Below are positions 25,885 through 40,090 of a DNA stretch of 64,000 nt, piece after piece. The translations under genes and the position numbers were made by a program. The notes under the pieces are model-generated. The model did no database searches, was not told where the DNA came from, and saw nothing but the letters and a program-made list of their open reading frames with translations. The stretch's first letter is position 1. Each line of letters begins with the position of its first letter. This stretch comes from Octopus bimaculoides (Eukaryota). The stretch is from NCBI RefSeq assembly GCF_001194135.2, contig NC_069001.1:33043545-33107544 (forward strand), written 5' to 3'.

Positions 25885-28800
25885 GACCTCCCCTTGCAAA
25901 TACTAATCGGACACAGACTATGTGTTGTTAGCCAGCTGGAGGAGATATCTTCCGGGGACTATAAACAACAGTAGCGTTGTCCTGTGTAGGAAGCCACACT
26001 TACTTGGCAAATATTTGTTATGATTCCGTACCGCTACTGTTTATATCTCACTCAGAGATGGGATGATGATGTCTGTTTGCATACAAATCTAAGGAAATGG
26101 ATAAAGTGTACTGGATTGAGAAGGTTAAGAATTTGGAGGGAGAGGATGGGGAGGTAAAGAATCAGGTGTCAGGGTGTATTTAAGAGTTTTAGCGGTGGAT
26201 GGAATTGGTAGTATATGATCTTGAACAAATGAGTGGTATGAAAATAATAATATACGTACATAGACACACAAACATAGATATATATACTTATCTGTGTGTG
26301 TGTGTGGAGAGAGAGAGAGAGAGAGAGAGAGAAAGAAAGAGAAAGAGTGAGAGCTGTAAACATATAGCTATGTTTGTATGTGTATGTACATATGTGTTTG
26401 TATGTGTATGTACATATGTGTGTGTATATACATGTGTGTGTGTGTGTATATTATACTTACATACACATATGTATAAGTATATACATATGTGTGCATGTCT
26501 TATCATTATTATTATTATTATTTAGTGCAAAGCACCTTGGCACCATTCATATGTTCAAGGCCATATGCTAGCAATTCCATTTACTGCTAAAACTCTTAAC
26601 CACACCCTGACACCTGGTTCATTTCTTCCTCTTCCCCAAATTTTTGGTAGACCAAGATGCTGGTCATACCCTGGGATTGAACCAAAACTACATTACTTGC
26701 AAAGTAAACTTCTTAACCACACAGCCTGGCTTGCACTTACAATATTTGATGATGTGTAGAAATCTTGAGACATAATGTGTATTTGGGAATATGCATATAC
26801 ATATCAGTGTGCATATAGAAATGTTTTGATTCTCTCAGGATATAAATGCACATGTTAGTGTGTGTGACCTTAATTCTGTGGAGAAAAACAAGCAAATCTT
26901 TTCCTTTATTATTAGCCAAAACTGTGCATTGGAGGGATAAACATTACAAATAAATTAGAAGTGACAAATTAAGAGGAATGATAAACACTTCTTAAACCCC
27001 CAAATCATTATAAACTTGGAAGAATTCATCTATTGATTTTGGCAAGCTTTCATGTACCTGATTAAAAGAAACAACAAAATAAAGCATAAAAAAACTACCT
27101 GTAATTTCTGAGATTTAGTACTAAGGTAGCCAGTGGTGTCCATTTGTAGACACTACCTAGCGCTCTCTTCAGAATCATGCAGTGCAGTCAGGAGAAACAT
27201 AGCTATATGCGTATCACTGGTGAACAAAATGTCCAGTCAGAAGCAGAAACTAAATTTGATGTTATCTCTGAGTTAGACAGTAATGAAGATGCTGATCTTG
27301 TCAGGAGGAAATTAGTGGAAGTGAGTTGTATCATGTTCATTAATTTGTTTGTGTGATATATTTTTTGATGATTACTTAATTCATGTATTGTTTGTTATTT
27401 TTTGTTCATATCACTGACAACTTTGTATCTTCCTTTGAGGTTAATCTCACTTAAAAAAAATGTCAGTGTCCTTGTGGGGTAGAATGTGTCTTCTAAATTT
27501 TACTTACAAAGCTTTAGTTAATCCATAGTTATGGTAGAAGCACTTGCCCAAGGTACCATGCAATGAGATCAGCCCCAAAATTTAACAGTTGCAAATGATA
27601 ATTATTAAAGATATAGATATTTCCATCACTTGTTAAGGTTATCTCTACAAATTTTTGGAGAAATTATGGCCAGCACTGATTTTGTTGCGATGTTTCATAT
27701 CTGAGACACCTAATGTAAACAAAAATGAGATTGACGATGAAAACTGGATAATGGGCATAGAACGTAGTATTCTTTTCTACTCTAGGCACAAAGCCCAACA
27801 TTATTGGGGAGGGAGCCAGTCGATTAGATCGATCCCAGTATGCTGCTAGTACTTTGAGGGAGGGAGGGAACTAGTCAATTGCATCGACTCCAGTGTTTCA
27901 CTGGTACTTAATTTATCAACCCCGAAAGGATGAAAGGCAAAGCTGACCTTGGTGGAATTTGAACTCAGAATGTAAAGGCAGACGAAATACTGCTAAGCAT
28001 TTCGCCCGGTGTGCTAATGTTTCGGCCAGCTTGCCGTCTTCATAGAACACAGTATTGACTTAGAAATAAAAACGTTTAATAGACTTTGTAAGTATATTAT
28101 GGTTGCATAATGAAACAAGGTGTCCCTATGAGTAATTAAGATGTCTCCATGCATAATATCTTCAGCAAAAATATATCTCAACTCTACCAATTCTTTCTTA
28201 ATGTCATGGAGCAATTTATCTCTCATTATGACAAATAAAAATATTTGAATTTTTATCCTTCTGCCTCATGATTTTCAGTATCTTCCCACTACACCACATT
28301 GTAGTGTTTCCTCAAATTGGAAGTTTTCAAAAAGTTTATCATTTTGTTCCCCATATTAGCTGACTGACCTATCATTATTTTATTCTAGTCTCTACCAAAG
28401 TGGTTCTCAAAACTTCTGTCTTTTTTACTCCATGGCACACTTTAGAGCAAGTAAAAAGATATTTTGGCACATTTTGTAGGTAAAGAAAAAAAATGTGTTA
28501 GAAAAAAAGGTATTATATATTATAGCTTTCAAATATAATTTCGACTAGACAAAATGATTAAATACTTTCTTTAGTCAATAAAGAAAGCATAATTATCAAG
28601 ACTTTATATTTAGAGTTTCAGTTTGTATTTTTTTCATTTTTAAGATGTAATTTTATTACTTTCATGATGCGTCTAGCCACATCTTATGGCATCCCAGTGC
28701 ATCCTCTGGGACCTGCTGTTCTACAAGAATAAGTGAGAAAAGAAAATATGATTAATTTATTTTCTGTGGTTGGGGGTAGACAATGAGATCATCATTTAAC

Positions 28801-31800
28801 ATTTGCTTTCCATACTGGCATGGGTTAGACGGTTTGACTGAAGCTGGTAAGCCAAAGAGCTGTATCAGGTTCCAGTCTGATTTGGCACGATTTCTACAGC
28901 TGGACGCCTTTCCTAACATCAATCACTCCAAGAGTGTAATGGGTACTTTTTATGTGCTACTGGCATGAAGTTGTGATATCTACATTAAAGAAGAATATTC
29001 TTCTAGGGAAGAAAGTCTAGTTCACTAATTGAAAGACAAATATTCAAGTAGTTTAGTTTATAAAAATGTAATCTATTCACTTCAAGCACATTACTTCTTG
29101 AACTAAGACTGTAATTAATTCTTTGTTACTTATTCAAATAATTCATACAACAAATACAACAGATGAGATATTCATTGGCTTGAAGTGCTGAGTTTTAATT
29201 CTTTCTGATGAAAGTTACTGAGATAAATCTTCCAGGGTACCCAGGAATGATTAAATGTTTATATCTGATGGAATAACAAATCTTATTAACTGGTACTTAT
29301 TTTATTAGCTCTGAAAGGATGAAAAGCAAAGTTGACATTGATGGAATTTGAACTCAGAACATAAGGATAGACAGAATGCCACTAAGCAATTTTCCCTGCA
29401 TGCTAACATCTCTGCCAGCTCACCACCAGGAAACTGTAAAATATTAAAAACTAACGATTGATGAAAAATACTCGGATACCATTTACATGAAAAAAAACAA
29501 ACAATAGTTACACTTGTGTTGGCCATTAAGCAAGTATTTTCTTATCAATCGCATACTTATTTCTAATTAGCTTCTTCATGCTAATTGTATTAAATATGTT
29601 AACCTTACTTAGTTATTGAAACATATTAGGATTAATTTAAACCAAATGATAAAAGTCTGATAAATCAACAGAGTGGCTTACTGTTTGATTTAACTGACTT
29701 ACATGTATGTTAAGTATTGGCAGAATCAGTAATATGCCCTTTACTTATCAATTTTGGTGCTCTGACTAATCTAACATGTGAGAAAGAGAGTGAGAGAGAG
29801 CGAAAGGGGGTGGCAGAGAGAGAGAGAGAGAGAGAGAAAATGACGGGTATAATCTCTTGGCTGGATTATTTATTACTTAATGTAATAATTTCAATATTCG
29901 TTTGGATGAGTACGTACAAATTTGTGAGTGTATGTATATATTTGTATATGTGCGTGCATGTGTGTATGTATGTAAAGATATATAAATGCATATATAGGCT
30001 TATGTATACATATGTGTATATATGTATGTATGCATGTGTATGTATGTATGTATGTATATGTAGTGTTTGTGTTTGTGTGTGTGCAGATGCATTTTCTTTT
30101 TCCTGCTGGCTCTCTCTCTCTCTTTCTCTCTCTTACACACACACACATACATGAGTGTGTATGTGCGTCCCCATGCATTCATGTTTGCATGTGTATGAAA
30201 ATGTATGTGTGTGTGTGTGTGTGTGTGTGAGATCTTCATTTGGTAGATAAAAGGTTTGTTACAAAAAGATGATAAAGAGATTATGTGCATGTACACACAC
30301 ACACACACACACAAATACATACATTATAATCTATTAATTAATTCATATTCCACTACACAATATTTTTGGATAATTTAATATGCTCGTTTAAGATATATCC
30401 TTTTAATAAACATAACAGTTTTAGCCTTTCTCCATGAGAGAATTAATTAATTAATTAATCCTGTTTACTAAATCAAACCAACCAGTTAAGCTGAGTCCCA
30501 GGTTGTATACACTAGAAATAGCTATGTAAGCTAGAAATCTTTCCATGGTTGAGAGATGGGTAGTCTTTGTTTGATGAATGGCTAAGAAAACTAGAAACTA
30601 GGCAGAAAAATCTCACTTTTTCTGTTCATGGAGAGAATAGAAATACGTACTTGTTCACAGCGGTGCTAAAATCTAATGTTCATTATTTCAAATTATAATC
30701 TCTATACAGTTTCTTCTGTATAATATGTGTCTATACACACATTTAAAATTTACAACCAACAGTTTTTCTGGATATACATTTTTCCTGAAAAAAAGAAACA
30801 GACATGGATTGCATTCTTTCTTTTCCCAGTTTTTTATGGGAAATGGTTGAAGATTACAATTATATTGTAAGTTTATATTATTATTACAATATGTTCCATT
30901 GGTGTAGACTTTGGTTTGTTGTATCTTGTGTTGTTTTTGTGTTTGATCTGATGTGTAGAGTATGCACAATGCAAGTTATTATTATGGTATGTTGGACGTT
31001 AGTTTCATATATGTTGTAGGCTTGGTGTTTAGTGTTTTAATGTTGGGCAAGGTGTGTCTAGAGTATGTTGTTTGGGTTGTGAACACGATCAATGTTTTCC
31101 TTGGTGATGACAGTTGCAGGATGTCCAGACCTTGGGTGATCTTCAACACTCTACCTTTCCCTCCTAAATTCAGCTACCCACTTTTGCACTGATGACCAAG
31201 CTACAGCATCATTCCCTAATGTAGCAACCATATCAGCATGAATGTTCTTGGATGTTAAACCCTTTTTATGTAGGTATTTGATAACATGACGGTGTTAAAT
31301 TTTGTCCATTTTCAAGATAAGTTGCTATTAGTTGTTTTTGAAGTCTTCTCTGAACAGTCAGATGTCAGTTTACCTGGAAAGAAACAATGCAGTTATTAAT
31401 AAGAAGGGTTGAAATTAATGTATGCGAGATTTCACAGGTATAGCGTCACTCCTTCATAGTCGGCCCACTAGTGAAGCTAGAAGGGGGGCAGAGGGGGAAG
31501 TCCACCCCATATAGCACTTTTATGGGTGTGCCACCACTTTTGGGTATGCTGTAGGCAATATGTATTTTTTGTAAGGGCCTGGAGCCTGCAAAATGAAGGG
31601 CTGCTCCACATGGCACACATTCTAGCTACGCCAGTGAGTCAGCCTATGAACTTTTCAGCCCATCCTCATAGAGTACACTTTCTGATAATCCTAATATTTA
31701 ATAAATGCCATAATCACATTACTTTTTAATCAAATCGTAATTAACAAAAGCTAATTATTATTAATTGTACTAAATCAGTACTTTTAACTAAATTCATAAT

Positions 31801-33233
31801 CAATATGCACTTAGTGTATATTAATAGTTTTAATTTTCTTCTAATTTTTGTCTTAATACTGCTATCAAATATCATGATGGACTAAGTCACCCTAACACCT
31901 ATTCCCACTACCATCATCTTTATTATTATTATTATTATTGGTGACATTCTTATTAACATTGCCTCCATGATGTTGATGATTATTATGACCACTTTTATCA
32001 ACATTATCATTGTCTATAATATTATGTTGTAATAAATAATAACACTTTCAGATATAGAAAAATAAAAATTTTTATTATTTGTAATACTATGGTGGTCACA
32101 GATAAATTACCATGTGTTTAAAACTCTTCGTGTTATTAGCATATAACCAATTCTTAGCCCAATAAGAAGAGGTACAGTCACATACATAGTCCTTAGAAGT
32201 TTTTATCATCAGGTCTTATCAGGTTTACCTTTTTGATTACATAAACTTCCACCTTAATTGTCACTACTTAAACAGTTTAAAAATTTAGAGAGACATGTTA
32301 AATTGTATATGTTAAGTTGGATATGTTTGTTGTTGAGTCTTTGATATTGTTCAAATGGTTCATATGTGATAAATGCTAGTTGGTTTGAATCCTCTAAAAA
32401 GGGTTTTTCTAATTTATGCTTGAGCTGTTGCATTCCATCGTCAGCCTTTAAAGTGTCTGGTTTTACTTCCCAGTATTAGGAAGACAGCTGTGGGCTTGTC
32501 TTCAGTGAAATTAGATTTCCCAAGAAATTAATAGATTTTAGATGATAGAACCAGAGGAATGTGTTCACAAGTGTTATAGACAAAAGTCCAGTATGATACT
32601 TTTTTATACTTTTGACAATAACAATTTTTAGCTAGATGTGAGGCATGAAATTATTGGTGATATACTGGGGATGATTCAATTAATTATTCTTTCTCTCTAT
32701 AAACAATCTTTTTTGCCAGTGTTTACAGAAATTTAAGTTTTAGATAAAATATTATCACTATACATCAAAATATATTACATTTACATAAACATTTTTAAAC
32801 GCATTACTACAATGGTGTAAAAATAAACATTGACATTTTTCTTCATGTGATTGAAATCTTATGATCAAATAATTTCTTTAGAGAGAATCAATGGAAAAAA
32901 TTTATTAGAATGACAATGACAAATGTTAATTGACTTGATGGACATAGCCTGTGGATAACTGACTGAAGAGACATAACCTGTGATTAATTGACTGGATAAA
33001 ATATCTCAGGGATGACAACCTCACTCCATTGACCAGACTTATGTTAACATTGATGATTTGTTTCTTTTTACTCTTATATTTATCTACCATCTTGTATTTA
33101 AATACCATCTATTTAAACTTTTTGGTTATGGTTGAATTTACATTTACTTACATGTGAATTGGTGTGAATGGATTTGGTGTTGGGTCACTGTGACATATTT
33201 CAAGGGTTCAAGTTGACAGTCTAGTCTAGCTTC

Positions 33234-33274
<41 letters not shown>

Positions 33275-34208
33275 CAAGACACTTTGTCTTACATGATCTT
33301 GCATTTTCTAACTGTTGGGAATAGATGTCAAAAGCCTATAATAAAGTGATCTTCCATCCAAGAGGAAATATTTGTTTTTCATCAACAGAAACCAAAACAG
33401 AATTCTGATGCAATGAAGTTTTGATGTTCAAGAAAGAATTAACTTGTTTCAAGCTTGAATTTACATGAAACTGAATTATTTTTTTCTCATTATGAATGAA
33501 AATATTTATAATTTCCAGCAAATTTGAAAATGTCTAAATACTTTCACATTTTTTCTTTATTTGAAATCTTTTTGTTAACATTTAAGATATTTTAATATAT
33601 GCATTACCTCAACCAAGTTGTTTCATGTTTTCTCATCTTAGCTGCAAGAGGCTGTATCTGGTCAACAGACTGTGCCAGAGTACAAAGTGGAAGTCCAAAA
33701 GAAAGGCAAAGGAATAATTCTTCATTATGGCTTTGTGAAAGTCCTCTGGGATTGGTTAATTATGCTATGTACCTTTTACATTGCTATTATGGTACCTTTC
33801 AATGCTGCATTTATTGTCGGAGAATTTGTCAGGACCACAATTTATGCTGATGTTGCAGTGGAGATCATTTTTGGAATTGGTAAGTAAATATGCATACTGA
33901 AGAAAAACAAAATTATATAACATAGTATTGATTCAAAATGAAATCCTGTGTCACTCTCATTCCTTGTCAGCAGTAAACATGAGCTTATATCATTGGGGCA
34001 AGGAAAATCTGTTTAACCCTATCACCTGAGCCTTGGATACATTTGGTGGTGTATGAATACAGGTTGTTGTGAGTCATTTGGGCCAGTCTTAGAATCACTG
34101 AATAAGGTCATGGGTACTGCCATTCCACTTCTCAGTAATTTACTTAAAAAAACCCACTCTAATTGGATGATGAAATTTCACTTATATGTGCTAAATATTA
34201 CATGTATT

Positions 34209-34248
<40 letters not shown>

Positions 34249-34491
34249 AATAATACTAATACTAATAATAATAATTAAGGATTATTATGAAGTAGCATTA
34301 GCATTACCTTTAATTCTTTTTTATCAACTTCAAATAGACCAACATGTTTCCACTGCATTGATTAGTAACCGTTGCAATTGCAACCTTACTATAATACTTG
34401 TACAGTTTCTTCAGGGTCTTCACTTTAATATCATTTGAATTAACTGTTTAAAGATTTATGTTGATTTTCCCTCTATTCTATGATGTGGAGT

Positions 34492-34541
<50 letters not shown>

Positions 34542-37500
34542 CTTAATATGACTAGTGGACACGTGAATTGTCCATAAGCATTTGATCAACTACTTTAGGA
34601 ATCTGATCCAATCTTTTTGGTATATTTCAAGCAGAGATGATACAATTTACCATATTGGATTGTTAAATATTAAAAACACCCACTTCATGTTTTCTCAGTT
34701 TTTCTGTTTTTCTCCCACTCAGTCTTCTACTCCTTTGTCTTCTCTCACTCTCCCTCAATATTCCATCATGCTGAGTGTTGTCTTTCACTTTCACTTCTCC
34801 TTTCATTTCTTTCAGATATCATTTTGAATTTCCGAACAACGTATGTCAGTAATACTGGTCAAGTGATTTATGATGGAAAACTTATTGCTTTGAACTACAT
34901 AAAACAATGGTTTCTCATGGATCTTCTGGCTGCTATTCCTTTTGATTTACTTTATGCTTTTCAAGTAGAAACGGTGAGCGATATTCTATCATATATCAGA
35001 AGTGTTTGCGTGAGGGTGGAAGAAGTTTCTCTTGCTCATATGTATTTTGAATGTGTGTGTGTGTGTGTGTGGAGGGGGTGAGGTATTTGCCCCTAGAACA
35101 CTGAAATTTTGCATAAAGATACATGTTATCAAGTAGTAGGTCATAAACTACTTGTCTTTTTCTGATACTTTCCATGAACCTAAACCAAGGCCAAGTAATG
35201 CTGTTAGTGGTTCTGCTTTGAAGTTAACTTATAGGGACTTTGGCAAATGACAACAAATTGAAGTAAATTCAAATTATTTATTCAAGGTTTGATTGGTTTG
35301 ACAGATGATGTGGAACTGCAGGCATTCTTCAGCCGCACCAACAATGAGGGGCAGACATACTGACAATTACTACAGAACGGAGGTCTTTTCTTACTAAAAG
35401 CCAAATGCCTTGAAAGAAATTTGTATATTACACTGACTTGTTGTCTAACAATACCTCAACTTTCTATATAGGGCAAAGAAATCTGAATGCAAAAGGGTTA
35501 ATTTTAACTTGTATTCTCCAGGTTGGTTGAATGGATAGTGAGATATATTATTAAACTTTGTGAAATAAACCAACAAAAACTGAAATTTTTGATTGCTTTT
35601 GCCAGGGTACTCTTATTCCATTGCTGAAGGTTGCCAGATTACTGAGATTAATACGGTTGTTCCAGAAAATGGACCGTTACTCACAATATGGAAGTGTTGT
35701 GATAATCCTGTTGCTGTCCATGTTTACTTTAACAGCTCACTGGTTAGCTTGCGTTTGGTACAGCATAGGGAAATTTGAACTACAGAAACATCCAACAAGC
35801 TGGAGGATAGGTAAGTACTAATGGAATTACATTTGGTGGAATTCTGCTTTAAGCTCCCCATATAACCACTCATAACCTTTTCACTTTTTGGAATTTTCAG
35901 ATAATCTTTGTGAATTTGTGTTCTACACATACGAATCCATATGGTTATGCAAAAACCAAAGACAAAAATTTTTTGTGTGATTTAAGGGCTATTTAGCTGT
36001 TATTTTTAGCACCACTCACAACCACCTGATATGCTCCTTGTTAGTTTGTCACTCCAATACATTGATGTATTTCAATATCTTTCTACCCATAAACACATTT
36101 AATGGTCTATTACTGGGATTTAAGCAAAATATTCAGATCTTCTGTATTTAAAAAAAAACTGTTGATTTAAAAAAAAGAATTTGGAAAAATTATAAAACAA
36201 AAAAATTTTTTTTTAATTCGANNNNNNNNNNNNNNNNNNNNNNNNNNNNNNNNNNNNNNNNNNNNNNNNNNNNNNNNNNNNNNNNNNNNNNNNNNNNNNN
36301 NNNNNNNNNNNNNNNNNNNNNNNNNNNNNNNNNNNNNNNNNNNNNNNNNNNNNNNNNNNNNNNNNNNNNNNNNNNNCAAACAAAGTTTTTTTTTTTTTTT
36401 AGAAGCGCTGAGATGTATTGTAAGATACAGAAATAAATATATTTCTCAAACGCGTGATAATGCTATAAATAGCGTGATCAGGATAAATTACCCATATAAT
36501 GCAGAAAAATACGTTACTGGCCAGCCCTGATCATGCTATTTATAGCATTATCACGCGTTTGAGAAATAGATTTATTTCTGTATCTTATATATATTACTGT
36601 TTTTAGACCTAAGTTTTTGCTGGTGTTTAATTTGAATTTCTCTGTTCTCTAGGCTGGCTGAATGAATTGGCGGATACATTAAACAGACCTATTATGAATC
36701 GCACACATTTACCTGATATGTGGAGTTGTTACTTAACAGCTCTCTATTTCACTTGTAGTAGTTTAACTACAGTAGGCTTTGGTAATGTATCAGCCAATAC
36801 AAATGCTGAGAAGATCTTCTCTGTTTGTGCAATGCTCATTGGTGGTAGGTATCAGTTTTCTTTAATTTTGTATTTAATAATCCTCTTTCTTTTTATTTGT
36901 TTATATAAATTTTTGTATACTTGTATAAGAATTTGGAAGCATAGTTAGTGTCAATCTATCAGCAGAAAAAAAACTTCATGATTTATATCTTATCTTTCTT
37001 GCTGTGCGGTATTTTTTGGCCAAAATATTTAAATGTTACTGATTCAATTTCCCTTGCTGTAAAATAAGCACCATAGGAAACCAGTTAATCATTCATGCCA
37101 TTGAGGGGAACTCTGAGTGGTTGCCTTGCCTGCTAGAAATAGAAATTACTTTTCAAAACACACCCTGCTATCTTAAGTAAGAAAGGGCATGTTAGATAAA
37201 GTAGTCCTACCTGCTCCTAAAAGATAGGATGGTCATAGTTGGAATGTCTTTTGATCTGAGCTAAATAACAACAGCAACAACTACTAATCATTGTAAGCAG
37301 CAGAATGCAGCATGTAATTAAGTTTATGTAAGCATGTAATTAGTAGATACACTAGTGAGGATAATTAATGATAGTATAGATAGCTGCATTTTGAGAGGGT
37401 ATCTAGTTAATTATTAATGGATATGTACTGTTTACTTAGCGTGTACGTATATGAGATCATTGTATGTATATGATCAGCGTGTATGTATATGAGGTAATTT

Positions 37501-37769
37501 TATGCTGCAGTGAAAGTTCCATTCTAAATGTTTTGTTTCCTTTGCAGCAATGATGTATGCTTTGGTGTTTGGTAATGTGACTGCTATTGTGCAGAGAGCT
37601 TATGCGAGAAGAGCTACATTTCACATGAAAACTAACGACTTAAAGGAATTCTATCACACTTACAATATTCCGAAACCTTTGAAGCATCGAATCCAAGACT
37701 ATTTTCAGAGTATGTGGACAATGAATAATGGAATCAATCTAAATGAGGTAAAAGAAAAAAAGAAGTTTT

Positions 37770-37803
<34 letters not shown>

Positions 37804-38600
37804 ACAGTTAATGTCCATGTTCCCTGCTGGCATGGGTTGGATGATTTGACAGGATTCAATGAGTGCAACGACTGCATCATTCTCCAGTGTCTGCTTTGGC
37901 ATAGTTTCTATGGTGGCTGCCCTTCCTAATGCCAAACACTTTACAGCATGGAGTGGGTGCCACATGCATTATTCAAGTCACCATACAGCCCACAGGACTA
38001 CAAACCCTGGTGGAGTTGGGGGTTCAGCTTCATGCTAGGGGAGGAGGTGATAAATTATGAGAATGTGGGGAGGTTGGAGCAGATCCTTGTAGAGGACCTG
38101 CATGGCTACTCACATCTAGAAGAGAGAAAAGAGAAAATGGTTGGTAGGAGCTGCAAAGTTTTAGAGAATGATGATAAGGTGCCCCGGGAGGCCTGCAACA
38201 CAGAAATTGAACAAAAGTGGGTGAATGGATGGTTTGCAAAATTGTATGGGAAGGAAATAGATGGGATGGTAGACTACAAAAATGGATAAGGTTGAAGGGT
38301 GGATGAACAATAGTGAACCATGAATTGGAGAAGATTGAATCATAAGACTAAAATTATAAATCTTATCCCTTGATCTATTTTACTTTCCATAATCAAGTCT
38401 ATAAGTAATTTATATCTCTACATAGGTGCAGGTATAGGTGTGTGGTAAGAATCTTGCTTCCCAAGCACATGGTTCTGTGTTCAGTCCCATTGCATGGCAC
38501 CTTGGGCAAGTGTCTTCTACTATAGCCTCAGGCAAACCAAATCCTTGTGAGTGGATTTGGTAGATGGAAACTGAAAGAAGCCCGTCATATGTATATGTGC

Positions 38601-38642
<42 letters not shown>

Positions 38643-40025
38643 TCACCACTGCTTGACGACTGGTGTTAGTGTGTTTATGTCCTCTTAACTTAGCGGTTTG
38701 GCAAAAGAGATCGATACGTAAGTACCAGACTTTAAAAAAAGGNNNNNNNNNNNNNNNNNNNNNNNNNNNNNNNNNNNNNNNNNNNNNNNNNNNNNNNNNN
38801 NNNNNNNNNNNNNNNNNNNNNNNNNNNNNNNNNNNNNNNNNNNNNNNNNNNNNNNNNNNNNNNNNNNNNNNNNNNNNNNNNNNNNNNNNNNNNNNNNNNN
38901 NNNNNNNNNNNNNNNNNNNNNNNNNNNNNNNNNNNNNNNNNNNNNNNNNNNNNNNNNNNNNNNNNNNNNNNNNNNNNNNNNNNNNNNNNNNNNNNNNNNN
39001 NNNNNNNNNNNNNNNNNNNNNNNNNNNNNNNNNNNNNNNNNNNNNNNNNNNNNNNNNNNNNNNNNNNNNNNNNNNNNNNNNNNNNNNNNNNNNNNNNNNN
39101 NNNNNNNNNNNNNNNNNNNNNNNNNNNNNNNNNNNNNNNNNNNNNNNNNNNNNNNNNNNNNNNNNNNNNNNNNNNNNNNNNNNNNNNNNNNNNNNNNNNN
39201 NNNNNNNNNNNNNNNNNNNNNNNNNNNNNNNNNNNNNNNNNNNNNNNNNNNNNNNNNNNNNNNNNNNNNNNNNNNNNNNNNNNNNNNNNNNNNNNNNNNN
39301 NNNNNNNNNNNNNNNNNNNNNNNNNNNNNNNNNNNNNNNNNNNNNNNNNNNNNNNNNNNNNNNNNNNNNNNNNNNNNNNNNNNNNNNNNNNNNNNNNNNN
39401 NNNNNNNNNNNNNNNNNNNNNNNNNNNNNNNNNNNNNNNNNNNNNNNNNNNNNNNNNNNNNNNNNNNNNNNNNNNNNNNNNNNNNNNNNNNNNNNNNNNN
39501 NNNNNNNNNNNNNNNNNNNNNNNNNNNNNNNNNNNNNNNNNNNATATATATGTATATATTTATATATATATATCTGTCCAAAATACACAGTAGGAATACA
39601 GGGAGAGGAGAGAAAGTAATAATTGAGTGAAGGAGAAGTAGTGAGAGTAATAGCCATGACTGAGAGGGAGTGAGAGAAAGTAATAATAATGATAGAGAGA
39701 GAGGAAGTGGCAAAGAGAGCATTGTGTATCTTCTATTATAATAATCTACTATAATAATACTCCAGTGAATTTCTCTGTCATAACATATGAATGAGAAGGG
39801 AAGGGGTGATCTACCAATGGAAGTGGGATGGTGAAGAGTTAACGGTGAAATAAATATCAAACAGTGCTTCAACTCTGTGTAAGTATATGTGTGTGCATGT
39901 AAAAGGGAGGACTGTGAATGTGTGTGTATGTTTGTGTAGAATATATGCTTGAGTGAATGTATATGTGTTTGTGGATGTTTATTTAGAAAGATACATAGAA
40001 AATAGAATCTCTCTCTCTCTCTCTC

Positions 40026-40090
<65 letters not shown>

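Noticed and set aside
29717-30320. Cluster of 70-145 aa ORFs rich in YI, HT, CV and ER repeats (also near 21856, 26199 and 6844)
   Set aside because: Translations of TA, CA and GA microsatellites.
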